A stretch of DNA of 64,000 nucleotides, from the NCBI GenBank assembly GCA_963760615.1, contig CAVXDX010000003.1, forward strand, positions 109,915 to 173,914. Reading direction: 5' to 3'. A model generated the notes under the pieces. The model worked only from the letters and a program-made list of their open reading frames with translations, searched no databases and had not been told where the DNA came from. Both the position numbers and the translations under genes were made by a program. Positions 19,043-27,871 of this stretch are shown here, piece after piece. Every line of letters begins with the position of its first letter. Positions within the stretch are counted from its first letter, which is position 1. The DNA is from an uncultured Candidatus Micrarchaeota archaeon. GTDB lineage: Archaea > Micrarchaeota > Micrarchaeia > Burarchaeales > Fermentimicrarchaeaceae.

Positions 19043-20413
19043 TTGATGAAAAAAGGGCAGAGCTGGGCGGAGTACATAACAGTTCTTGCAGTTACCATCA
19101 TAATGGCGGGAATTGCCATGTACATGGCCGGCGCCTTCATGGGGAACAACAGTCAGATTTCTGAGAGGGACAGTGCATCATACTGGTTTTCAGCCGATGT
19201 AGGGATTACAAGATACTATGTAAACTCCTCAGCCGCGCAGCTCCTTATAAAGAATAATAAGAATTTCAAAATAAATGTGACAAATATAAGCTCTACAGGT
19301 GCTGGAATTCTGATTGCGCCAGGCGGAGCCAACAACGTAGTGCTAGATCCAGGCCAGAGCGTGCAGGTTACCGCGCCAGGCTTGACATGTCTAAGTGGAA
19401 CATACTCAATTCCCTTGGTTATAACTTATGCGGATGTGAATTATGGCACGAAATATACTGTCTATGGTGAGAAACCACTTATTGGGCAATGCATGAGTTC
19501 AATCGCACCTCCTCAATGCTCTCCGTTATGCAACTCCCCAAATGATCCAGCATGCAACGATGGGGTTGCATGCACTGCCGATGCATGTACTAACCCCGGC
19601 ACTTGCAATGCAGTCTGCACCCATACGCCGATAACCGCTTGCATAAACAATGATGGCTGCTGCCCAACTGGATGCAGTTTATTGAATGACAACGACTGTC
19701 CCCCAGCCTGCGGCAATGGAATATGCGAGACGGGCGAGACATATTCAAACTGCCCAGGTGATTGCTGTCTAAGTGCCTGCACTGCAACGTATGATAATAA
19801 ATGCCATTCAAATTGCATTAACTTCCCAATTTCCGCGCCATGCTCCAACTTCAAGCCTGCATGCGATACAATCACCAGGGGCACCTCCGTATGCTACAAC
19901 TCCACCCACAACGTTTCCTGCTGCGATGGGACACCAACAAGCTGTGCAACAAACAGTACCCCGTGCAATGCATACTGCAATGCAAACCAGAACTGCACCT
20001 TCCCTTCCAACCCAGTAACATGTCAGAGGACGTGTAATCCAACTAGTGGTCTCTGCCAAGATTGCACTCCTTCATGCGGAACTGCCACATGCACCGGCTG
20101 CGGAATAAACAGCATTCCATGCAATTCATACTGCAGTGTAAGGCGGAGGTGCGTCTATCCATCTAACCCCGCAACATGCACTAAAACATGCAGCGGAGGT
20201 TCCTGCCAGCTTTGCACTCCTTCATGCGGAACTGCCACATGCACAAACTGTGCAGCAGGATGCATAGGAGCAGGTGTCTGCGTGCCATTCTGCACAGGAG
20301 CTGGCGATACCTGTAATGTAAACTGTGCATGTCCAACCAGTGGAAAGACAAAATGTTGTACTTCAGACGGTAAGTGCTATACGCCTTCAACACCATGTCC
20401 GTCCCCGTTATAA
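19043..20413 (+). CDS. Class III signal-peptide pilin with long Cys-rich C-terminal repeats
   Basis: KKGQ/SWAEYITVLAVTII; CNDGVACTADAC, CCPTGC...DNDC, CGNGICETGE...CPGDC motifs. Confidence 0.8.
   Translation: MMKKGQSWAEYITVLAVTIIMAGIAMYMAGAFMGNNSQISERDSASYWFSADVGITRYYVNSSAAQLLIKNNKNFKINVTNISSTGAGILIAPGGANNVVLDPGQSVQVTAPGLTCLSGTYSIPLVITYADVNYGTKYTVYGEKPLIGQCMSSIAPPQCSPLCNSPNDPACNDGVACTADACTNPGTCNAVCTHTPITACINNDGCCPTGCSLLNDNDCPPACGNGICETGETYSNCPGDCCLSACTATYDNKCHSNCINFPISAPCSNFKPACDTITRGTSVCYNSTHNVSCCDGTPTSCATNSTPCNAYCNANQNCTFPSNPVTCQRTCNPTSGLCQDCTPSCGTATCTGCGINSIPCNSYCSVRRRCVYPSNPATCTKTCSGGSCQLCTPSCGTATCTNCAAGCIGAGVCVPFCTGAGDTCNVNCACPTSGKTKCCTSDGKCYTPSTPCPSPL
20062..20244 (+). repeat. Intragenic tandem duplication, 150-nt (50-aa) period
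   Basis: Exact 33-nt TTGCACTCCTTCATGCGGAACTGCCACATGCAC at 20062-20094 and 20212-20244. Confidence 0.9.
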
Positions 20414-20492
20414 GTGGTTGGATAATGCATTGTGTTGGGTTCACACAGAAAAAACATAAGATATAATAATTCCAACTTCCATTAATCATCCG

Positions 20493-20759
20493 GTGATGCC
20501 GATGCTAAACCTCTGGGGGAAGGGTTACAGAAGTGAATGGTGGAGCAAGAAGCTCAGGAAGAAATTCTTGATGTGGGCAAGCTACTTCATAGTTGGCATG
20601 TACCTGCTTTTACTGGCAGTTTTCATAATCCTCTCCCTGTCGTTCCCAGCGGCATCAGACCCGATGCACATATCATTCCTCAAGGACTTCATATTCTACT
20701 TCAGCTCGCCAGTCATGCTCTTTGCCATCCTGCTCGTTCTGTGGAGCAGGGAGACATAA
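20493..20759 (+). CDS. Small two-TM membrane protein
   Basis: GGTGA RBS; two hydrophobic helices. Confidence 0.55.
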   Translation: MMPMLNLWGKGYRSEWWSKKLRKKFLMWASYFIVGMYLLLLAVFIILSLSFPAASDPMHISFLKDFIFYFSSPVMLFAILLVLWSRET

Positions 20760-20820
20760 TAACTAATACTCATTTTTGAGTAAACTTTAAAAAATGTAAC
20801 TACTATACTCCATATAGCAG

Positions 20821-21186
20821 GTGGTTTTTATGGTTATTGAGCCGCAGGAAAAATTGCAGACGATGGATTTCATGCTCGATGTGTTCGGCAAGAGATGGGC
20901 TACTAGAATTTTTTTGAGGCTGCTCTACTCCGGAAAGAGGATGGGCTTCAATGAACTTCTGCGGGCAACTCCGGGAGTGAATCCAAAGATGCTGGCTGAA
21001 AGATTGAAGAGCCTTGAGTCGCACGGGTTAGTCAAGAGGGAAGTCGAGCTCAGCCCCATAAGAACCTACTACTCACTCACAGAAGCCGGACTTGATTTGA
21101 AGGGTTCAATAGACTCCATGCTTGCATGGAATAGAAAGTGGAATTTCGCAAATCCCAAAAAACACTTCCCACCAAAACAATTTTAA
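20821..21186 (+). CDS. HxlR-family winged-helix transcription regulator
   Basis: DVFGKRWATRI, MGFNELLRATPGVNPKMLAERLKSLE, YSLTEAGLDL. Confidence 0.9.
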   Translation: MVFMVIEPQEKLQTMDFMLDVFGKRWATRIFLRLLYSGKRMGFNELLRATPGVNPKMLAERLKSLESHGLVKREVELSPIRTYYSLTEAGLDLKGSIDSMLAWNRKWNFANPKKHFPPKQF

Positions 21187-21246
21187 TTCCCGCTGTGTAA
21201 TATTTCTAACTGGTTCTGATGTTCTGAGTGGAGGTGAGTGTATTAC

Positions 21247-22791
21247 ATGCCTGAGGTGAAGAGGGCCGTCATAAGCGTTTCTGACAAGACTGGCCTTGTG
21301 GAGTTTGCAATGGGACTCTCCAAGCTCGGGGTTGAGATAATATCCACGGGCGGAACTGCAAAAACCCTGCGTGATAATACGATTCCAGTAAGGGAAGTTT
21401 CTGATGTAACCGGCTCGCCCGAGATGCTCGACGGGCGCATCAAGACGCTGCATCCTAAAATACATGCAGGCATACTCGCACTGAGAGGCAGGGAGGAGCA
21501 TATGCAGCAGCTGAAAGAACAGGGCATCAGGAGCATAGATCTTGTAATTGTCAACCTATACCCCTTCGAACAAACAATCTCCAAGAAGAATGTCAGGGAT
21601 GAGGATGCAATTGAGAACATAGACATAGGTGGACCGACACTCATAAGAGCAGCTGCCAAGAACTATGAGAGCGTTGGCGTTGTTGTCGACCCCGCGGATT
21701 ACCAGAATATCCTAAATGAGCTCAGGAAGGACAAATCCCTCTCGCTTAACACAAGGGAGAGGCTCGCAGCTAAGGCATTCCAGCATACCGCAAGGTATGA
21801 TGCCCTCATATCAAACTACTTTGAGAAGAAGTTCGCTGGTGAGCTATTCCCCAAATTCTTGACATTGAGCTTTGAGAAAGCTATGGAGCTTCGCTACGGT
21901 GAAAACCCTCACCAGAAGGCTTCCTTCTACAGGGATATGGAAAGCGACGAGACATCCATTTCAAACGCTAGGAAGCTGCAGGGCAGGGAGCTCTCATACA
22001 ATAACATGCTTGATGCTGACTCCGCCCTTGAGCTTCTCAAGGAATTTGATGAGCCTGCCGTTGTGATAGTGAAGCACAACAACCCCTGCGGAGTTGCAAT
22101 AAATAGGAGTTTGAAGAATGCATACATGAAGGCAAAGGCAACCGATCCCGAGGCAGCATTCGGAGGTGTTGTGGCGCTTAACGGGACTGTAGAAGCCGAG
22201 ACCGCAAGGGAGATAACCACCCTGCTGACAGATGTGGTCGTAGCTCCGGGCTACTCGAAAGAAGCGTTGGAAATTTTTGCGGGAAAGAAGAATATGAGAG
22301 TGCTGGAGTTGGGCAGATTCTCCACAAAGAAGAGGGAGAGGAGGGAGCTGAGGAGCGTAAACGGTGGTCTACTTGTTGAGGAGAGGAACACCAAGCTGCT
22401 CCTCGGGGAGCCGAAAGCTGTCACCACGAGAAAGCCAACTGAGGCAGAGATGAGAGCGCTGCTGTTTGCATGGAAGGTGTGCAAGCATGTCAAATCCAAT
22501 GCCATAGTATACGCATTTGAGGACAGGACGGTCGGCATAGGCGCTGGGCAGATGAAAAGATCTGATGCCTCGAAGCTTGGCGCCATGAAAGCGGTTGAAT
22601 CTCTAAAAGGTGCGGTTCTTGCATCAGATGCGTTCTTCCCATTTAGGGATGCCGTTGATGTCGCTGCAGACGCAGGAGTTACTGCAATAATCCAGCCAGG
22701 TGGCTCAAAGAACGATCATGAGATAATATATGCCTGCAATGAGCGCAACATAGCAATGGTTTTCACTGGCATACGGCACTTCAAGCATTGA
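21247..22791 (+). CDS. purH: Bifunctional AICAR transformylase/IMP cyclohydrolase PurH (bacterial type)
   Basis: RAVISVSDKTG, STGGTA, GRIKTLHPKIHAGIL, NIDIGGPT, LRYGENPHQ, VKHNNPCG, ASDAFFPF, IIQPGGS, GIRHFKH. Confidence 0.97.
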   Translation: MPEVKRAVISVSDKTGLVEFAMGLSKLGVEIISTGGTAKTLRDNTIPVREVSDVTGSPEMLDGRIKTLHPKIHAGILALRGREEHMQQLKEQGIRSIDLVIVNLYPFEQTISKKNVRDEDAIENIDIGGPTLIRAAAKNYESVGVVVDPADYQNILNELRKDKSLSLNTRERLAAKAFQHTARYDALISNYFEKKFAGELFPKFLTLSFEKAMELRYGENPHQKASFYRDMESDETSISNARKLQGRELSYNNMLDADSALELLKEFDEPAVVIVKHNNPCGVAINRSLKNAYMKAKATDPEAAFGGVVALNGTVEAETAREITTLLTDVVVAPGYSKEALEIFAGKKNMRVLELGRFSTKKRERRELRSVNGGLLVEERNTKLLLGEPKAVTTRKPTEAEMRALLFAWKVCKHVKSNAIVYAFEDRTVGIGAGQMKRSDASKLGAMKAVESLKGAVLASDAFFPFRDAVDVAADAGVTAIIQPGGSKNDHEIIYACNERNIAMVFTGIRHFKH

Positions 22792-23719
22792 CATGCGTTC
22801 TCTCGCTCCATACCGCAACCATGAGCATAGCCGCTAGTATGTAAAATGGTATGCATCCCTTGACAAGCGCTGAAATTATGTTTGTCACATTGCTCCCAGC
22901 ACCAGCATTGGATGTCTGATTCTGAGTCTCATTCAAGGTTTCATTCTGTGGAACTTCCGTCGTATTATTCTCAGGGGGTGGCTGTGGAGGCTGTGAATTG
23001 TTCTGCACCGGCGGGGTTATCGCGCACGATGCCAGCTGGGCGTTTCCATCGGCCTGGTGTATCTGGTTAATCGCATCATTTGTCAAATTCAGGGCGTCTT
23101 TTATATCGCATATGGACAGCTTATTGCTTGCGTCCAAGATTTCAGAGGAAGCATTCTGCAGTAGACTGAACCCAGTCATGTTATAGCAGTCGCCGGTATA
23201 CTGCGCGCTGACCCTGGCGTACTCGCTGTTTGCAGTATCCAGTTTATTTAGGACGTTCTGCTCGAAGCCGCCGGTAGAATGATTCACTACCACGTTCAGC
23301 GTTGCATCATATTCCTTCGACCCGACGCAGTATTCACCATTGCCGCAAATCTCGCCCACCCAGCCGACTACCTTGAATGGCATTGCATCGGTGCCATTCT
23401 TGCCTCCGGTTATTGTTTTAATCGCAAATGTGCAGCTTCCCCTCAACCCAGCGCCAATATCGCATACTTTTCCGCCATCTTCCAACTGACCAGACGACAA
23501 GTTATAATAAAGGTAGCTGACCCTCAGCGATTTATTGCTCGAAGGATTTATAATTGTGGCGATAACATTGCAGTGGTTGGGGCCACCCTGCGCTATGCAG
23601 TTAACAACGCCGTTATGCAGAGGGCTGCTGCATTGGCTTGAGTCGGTAATTACTACACTCAAATCAGCCGCATATGCCATACCAATCAACAGCAGAACAG
23701 CCAGAACCGAATACCTCAT
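22781..23719 (-). CDS. Secreted, C-terminally anchored surface protein
   Basis: Signal peptide MRYSVLAVLLLIGMAYA; Cys pairs; P/Q/N/T-rich linker; C-terminal GCIPFYILAAMLMVAVW TM. Confidence 0.7.
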   Translation of the reverse strand: MRYSVLAVLLLIGMAYAADLSVVITDSSQCSSPLHNGVVNCIAQGGPNHCNVIATIINPSSNKSLRVSYLYYNLSSGQLEDGGKVCDIGAGLRGSCTFAIKTITGGKNGTDAMPFKVVGWVGEICGNGEYCVGSKEYDATLNVVVNHSTGGFEQNVLNKLDTANSEYARVSAQYTGDCYNMTGFSLLQNASSEILDASNKLSICDIKDALNLTNDAINQIHQADGNAQLASCAITPPVQNNSQPPQPPPENNTTEVPQNETLNETQNQTSNAGAGSNVTNIISALVKGCIPFYILAAMLMVAVWSERTHVNA

Positions 23720-23731
23720 AACATCACCACC

Positions 23732-24016
23732 TTATCTTCTCCTTCTTAGTATATATCCCTTCCTTGTGTTGAACTCAATCTGAAGCAGGTATTGCATGAG
23801 GTTTAGGGTTGACAGCCCTATCACTGAAAACACCAGCATAACCCCAAACTTCATAGCCCACAAGATATCCGTTGCAGTTAGCGTGAGCACCACAAGGAGC
23901 AGGGTGAAAAGCGACAGAACGATATTGAAAAGCTCAATTATGAAAAGCCAGTTCTTGAGAGTCCCCTCGTCCTTCGGAAGAACCCAGCTCAGTGTGAACT
24001 CCTTGAAACCGCCCAT
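23732..24016 (-). CDS. Small two-TM membrane protein
   Basis: Two hydrophobic helices, basic C-terminal RRRR. Confidence 0.55.
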   Translation of the reverse strand: MGGFKEFTLSWVLPKDEGTLKNWLFIIELFNIVLSLFTLLLVVLTLTATDILWAMKFGVMLVFSVIGLSTLNLMQYLLQIEFNTRKGYILRRRR

Positions 24017-24337
24017 TGCAAGGTAGATATTGCATTGCTTGTTTTTATTCCTTATGGAGCCTCAAAGCCAGCCATTGAGCATCCGCCCTTCCACAGGGCA
24101 TCCAAAAACTGCCGTGCGAAGCCTTTTTGGAATTCTTCTCGGCTGGCTGAGGTCCCCCTTTGGTGGTAGCTGTTGGCTTTCGAAATGCTCCCCCGCAGAG
24201 GAGGAGGGTCCGAACGTCAGTTCCTTCATAAGTCATTTTCCTCCCTCTGATTCTTTCTGGAGGGTCTGCTAACCATAACCCTTGCAACCATGAAGTTGTG
24301 CTCTTGGAACCTTCTCATCTCATTCTCTCTGAACATT

Positions 24338-24508
24338 CTACTCCCCCCTCAGCCATCTCTCTAGGCACTTGCTGCAGAATGTTTTCTTCTCGCCATTCCA
24401 CTCCTCTATCTCAACTACAAATTCCTTTGGAGAGAGCATAGGCTTATCGCATCCGCTACACCTGACACCGCGCCCATTCCAATTCCGCCCTTCACTTCCA
24501 TCCTGCAT
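24338..24508 (-). CDS. Small CxxC...CxxC zinc-finger protein
   Basis: MQDGSEGRNWNGRGVRCSGCDKP...TFCSKCLERWLRGE; GAGGTGA RBS upstream of ATG 24508. Confidence 0.6.
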   Translation of the reverse strand: MQDGSEGRNWNGRGVRCSGCDKPMLSPKEFVVEIEEWNGEKKTFCSKCLERWLRGE

Positions 24509-24839
24509 ACTCTCACCTCGTGGTTTTGAACAGAGGAGCAGCAGCACAACAAGAAGTCTTACTAGAATTCAAAACAGCTGCTGCCCTCAGCACCTTATAA
24601 TCAGCTTAAGCTTATAGCCGAAGCTAGAACAAGGAGAACAGTTCATATGCATGACTTCGGCTCCTGACATAAACTTTCCCCATTGTTAATTCATATGTTG
24701 CTTATAATATTATCGGAATTTCGAACTGAATAATCTTATGGTTGCGTTTTTCATTGGCTTGGCTTTGCACATAAATCCACCTTTCACTGGAAAGCTACCC
24801 CTCCCAGAGGTTTATAAAGGGCGTTAGAGAGACTAATTC

Positions 24840-24934
24840 ATGCTTGTTTCCAAAACTCTGAAATGCAAGGTTTTCAACCCAACAAAAAGGAAGCTTGGAC
24901 TTTTAAGTAGAGAATATAATAATTTCAAATTTAC
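24840..24934 (+). pseudogene. 5' fragment of a second tnpB-family gene
   Basis: MLVSKTLKCKVFNPTKRKLGLLSREYNNF resembles the KTIKAKI...LLxREYxNF N-terminus of archaeal TnpBs; truncated at the IS left end. Confidence 0.5.
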
Positions 24935-26083
24935 CACGAATAAGCGAGAAACCCACACTCTTCAGAGGTGGGATGAAAGCGAATGTATTACATTGCAGAA
25001 CAAAAAAAATTTGATGAGTGATGTTGTATGATACTGACTTTCAAAATAAGACACAACAAGGATTTCAGCAATGAGTTAAGGAAGGCAAAACAGATAGCGG
25101 AGTGTGCAGTAAAAACAAGAACGCAGTCAAGTAAGGATGTCAAGCAATTTGGATTGAAGTCCATAATATCAAACCAAATCTTAAGAAAATATTCAAGAAA
25201 CAAGAGGGTTAAGGATGTGAAGAATGTCAATCTGACCATCCCCAGTCAGGGAATAACGCTTGACAAGAAACACAGGGAAATCAGGATACCGTCATTGAAG
25301 TTGTCTCTTGGATACAACTTCCGAGATTTTGAAAAGATAAACCAGATTGAGATAGACAAAGAATATGCATTCATCTCTGTGACAGTCAGGGAGATGCCCC
25401 AGATAAAACCTGATGTCTGGCTGGGTATAGACAGGAATACAACAGGACATGTTGCCGTCATGGCAAACCCCCAGACAGGCAAGGTATTGAAGCTGGGAAA
25501 GGAGGCTGGGCATATACATAGCAAATACAAAAGCATGAGGAGAGAATTGCAGAAAAGCGGCAAATACAGAAAGGTAAAGGAAATCAGGAACCGTGAAAGC
25601 AGGATTATCAGGGATTTGAACCACAAGATGGCAAAGAAAATTGTAGAAGTTGCAGAGGAGAACCATGCAGGATTGAAACTTGAGGATTTGAAAGGCATAA
25701 GAAGCAACAGGAAGCATAAGAAGGGATTCAACTACAATTTGCATTCCTGGTCATTCTTCCAGCTTCAGAAGTTCATTGAATACAAGGCAAAACTTCATGG
25801 CGTTCCGATAACCTATGTAGAGCCTGAAAACACATCAAAGGAGTGCTCAAGGTGTGGAAGCATAGGAATTAGGGAAGGAAAGAACTTTAAGTGCCAATGC
25901 TGCGGACACGTTGACCATGCTGATGTGAATGCATCGTTCAATATTGCATTGCGTCAAGGCATAGGTCAGTTGCATGCAGACAGTGATGCATGCAAAGGGA
26001 GTACTGATACCCCTAAAGATGCAACGTTGATGAACGACAACGACTTCAGAACCCCACATGCTTTAGCGGTGGGGGTATGTCAG
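24935..26083 (+). mobile_element. IS200/IS605-family solo-tnpB element (IS1341-like)
   Basis: Left flank TTAC (24931-24934); LE hairpin CCCACACTCTTCAGAGGTGGG then ATGAAAGCG; RE hairpin CCCACATGCTTTAGCGGTGGG ending TCAG; no tnpA; exact ends inferred. Confidence 0.75.
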
Positions 26084-26104
26084 AAAAAGTATTTTATTAA
26101 GTAA
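25028..26104 (+). CDS. tnpB: TnpB RNA-guided endonuclease (IS605 OrfB)
   Basis: RuvC-I GIDRN, RuvC-II LEDL, WSFFQLQKFIEYKA, NTSKECSRCG, CQCCG, RuvC-III HADVNASFNIA. Confidence 0.95.
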   Translation: MILTFKIRHNKDFSNELRKAKQIAECAVKTRTQSSKDVKQFGLKSIISNQILRKYSRNKRVKDVKNVNLTIPSQGITLDKKHREIRIPSLKLSLGYNFRDFEKINQIEIDKEYAFISVTVREMPQIKPDVWLGIDRNTTGHVAVMANPQTGKVLKLGKEAGHIHSKYKSMRRELQKSGKYRKVKEIRNRESRIIRDLNHKMAKKIVEVAEENHAGLKLEDLKGIRSNRKHKKGFNYNLHSWSFFQLQKFIEYKAKLHGVPITYVEPENTSKECSRCGSIGIREGKNFKCQCCGHVDHADVNASFNIALRQGIGQLHADSDACKGSTDTPKDATLMNDNDFRTPHALAVGVCQKKYFIK

Positions 26105-26134
26105 TGTACCTATAATATTTGAGCATCGGGGAAT

Positions 26135-26202
26135 CAGGGGGCAGACGCCTGTCTAACAGGCTGGAGAATGATTCACCATCATAATTCCACTACCCCTGCC
26201 CC
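26135..26202 (+). ncRNA. Candidate structured element (GC-rich multibranch fold), unassigned
   Basis: GGGGCAG/CTGCCCC closing stem, GCCTGT/ACAGGC hairpin, TGG-GAA/TTC-CCA hairpin; TATAATATTT upstream; strand not established. Confidence 0.3.
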
Positions 26203-26584
26203 AAAGCAAGCTTAATATACTCTCAGTTCAAATTACTATGTGGTGATATGGTGAGTTGCTTTTCAAAACAAAGAAAAAGGAGGATGGAGAAACGAGCGAA
26301 AAGAGCGGAAAGCAGGAGGTTTGGTGGGAGACGTAGGTAACTATTTCCTATTTCTTGCTTCATCGTTTGGACTTATGATAAATTGAAGAAAAACGCCTTT
26401 ACAACTTCACCGACGAGACGATACTGGAAAGAGCCGACTGATTTTACTGTTTTTCACGATATAACTTATACTCGAACTGAAACTGCTGTTCCTTGAATTG
26501 ACAGAAAGCTTTTTAAGGTTCAATCTCCTATATCCTCCACCGTTTTAAGGTATAGTATCGATGACCAAACAAGAGGTGTTTGAG

Positions 26585-27076
26585 ATGAAGAGTTACGTGA
26601 AATTCGAGACTCCGAAAGAAGTTGCTGAGAAAGCCTACGAAGCAGTCCAGATAGCAAAAGACACAGGTAGAGTGAGGAAGGGAACCAACGAGGCAACGAA
26701 GATAATTGAGAAGGGAGATGCCGCCCTGATTGTCATAGCGGAGGATGTGGACCCCGAGGAGGTTGTAATCCACCTCCCAATGCTGTGCGACGAGAAGAAT
26801 ATACCCTATGTCTATGTTCCTTCAAAGAAGGATTTGGGCAAGTCCGCAGGCCTTGAAGTGGGCTGCGCTGCAGTCGGGATAGAGAAGGCCGGCAATGCTA
26901 CCGAGATTATCAGCGACATAGTGGCAAAACTGAAGAGGCCGAAGCCAGAGGCAAAGCCTGAAGAGACAAAGGCTGCTGAGCCGGAGCAAGAGAAGCCAAA
27001 GAGGGCGAGGAAGCCAAGGAAGAAGGAGGAGCCGGCAGCTGAGAAGCCAGCAGAGAAAGCTGAGAAGAGTGAGTGA
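26585..27076 (+). CDS. rpl7ae: Ribosomal protein eL8/L7Ae with K/E/P-rich C-terminal tail
   Basis: [47 protein letters not shown]; GAGGTG RBS. Confidence 0.96.
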   Translation: MKSYVKFETPKEVAEKAYEAVQIAKDTGRVRKGTNEATKIIEKGDAALIVIAEDVDPEEVVIHLPMLCDEKNIPYVYVPSKKDLGKSAGLEVGCAAVGIEKAGNATEIISDIVAKLKRPKPEAKPEETKAAEPEQEKPKRARKPRKKEEPAAEKPAEKAEKSE

Positions 27077-27081
27077 GCAAG

Positions 27082-27288
27082 ATGCCAGAGCCAGCAACTG
27101 CAGAAGTGGTTGAAGTCCTTGGGAAGACAGGCATATACGGAGAGGTCTACCAGGCAATGTGCAAGATACTGGACGGCAAGGACAAGGGGAGAGTCATAAG
27201 AAGGAACATAAAAGGCCCAATAAAGAGAGGGGATACCATAATACTGCTGGAAACTGAGAGGGAGGCCAAGCCCATAAAGGCGAAGTAG
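27082..27288 (+). CDS. rps28e: Ribosomal protein eS28
   Basis: [37 protein letters not shown]. Confidence 0.95.
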   Translation: MPEPATAEVVEVLGKTGIYGEVYQAMCKILDGKDKGRVIRRNIKGPIKRGDTIILLETEREAKPIKAK

Positions 27289-27302
27289 AAGCAGGTAATC
27301 GT

Positions 27303-27470
27303 ATGAAATGCTCATTTTGTGGCGAGGAGATTGGAAGGGGGAAGGGAACCTTGTACGTGAAGAAGGATGGCAGCACGCTCAGCTTCTGCTCCTCAAAATG
27401 CAGGAGGAATATGCTGAAGCTGAAGAGGAACCCTAGAAAGCTTAAGTGGACTACCAGATACCAGGCATAG
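27303..27470 (+). CDS. rpl24e: Ribosomal protein eL24; absent from ORF track
   Basis: Hand translation MKCSFCGEEIGRGKGTLYVKKDGSTLSFCSSKCRRNMLKLKRNPRKLKWTTRYQA. Confidence 0.95.
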   Translation: MKCSFCGEEIGRGKGTLYVKKDGSTLSFCSSKCRRNMLKLKRNPRKLKWTTRYQA

Positions 27471-27483
27471 ATTGGGTGGTTAG

Positions 27484-27867
27484 ATGGGGAGCGAGCATTA
27501 CAAGAAAGGATTAAAGATATTTGAAAAGGTTTACAAAGAAAATGCAGCAAGCACGTTAAAAAAAATTAAAAGCTACGATGAAGAGCTTGCTGATGTGTTG
27601 ATTGATACTGCCTATGGAAGAATCCTCTCCAGACCCGCTTTAGATTTAAAAACAAAGGAATTGTGCATAGTCTCAATGCTTATTCCTCTTGGGAGAACTC
27701 TTGCTTTGAAGAGGCACATCAATGGCGCCTTAAACGCAGGAGTCAAGCCCGAGCATCTCAAAGAAGTTCTTGTAGCCAGTCATCTCTATGTCGGCTGGCC
27801 CCTGTGTCTTGATGCATTTGACGTATTTCACGAAGTTTTGGAGGAAAGGAAAAAGAAGCTAAGGTGA
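27484..27867 (+). CDS. Carboxymuconolactone decarboxylase (CMD/AhpD-like) family protein
   Basis: AYGRILSRPALDLKTKELCIVSML, LKRHINGALNAG, YVGWP. Confidence 0.85.
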   Translation: MGSEHYKKGLKIFEKVYKENAASTLKKIKSYDEELADVLIDTAYGRILSRPALDLKTKELCIVSMLIPLGRTLALKRHINGALNAGVKPEHLKEVLVASHLYVGWPLCLDAFDVFHEVLEERKKKLR

Positions 27868-27871
27868 TTAT

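Noticed and set aside
18085-20759. Integrated element at tRNA-Ala
   Set aside because: AT-rich accessory genes are present, but no integrase and no duplicated tRNA 3' end (att) were found
24045-24287. Track ORF MQGLWLADPP... as a gene
   Set aside because: No RBS or motif; the overlapping frames have better coupling signals and all remain uncertain
24935-26083. Cas12f/Cas14 system or autonomous IS with tnpA
   Set aside because: No array or cas genes, no Y1 (HUH) or serine transposase nearby; IS-type ends are present
26138-26203. tRNA-Ser(TGA) or fluoride riboswitch reading of the structured element
   Set aside because: No T arm or TTC loop and no U33; the minus strand has GATGGTG but lacks the conserved downstream TGATG/pseudoknot of the crcB motif
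26930-27076. Repeats in the L7Ae tail (GCTGAGAAG etc.)
   Set aside because: Low-complexity K/E/P/A coding tail, not a DNA repeat element
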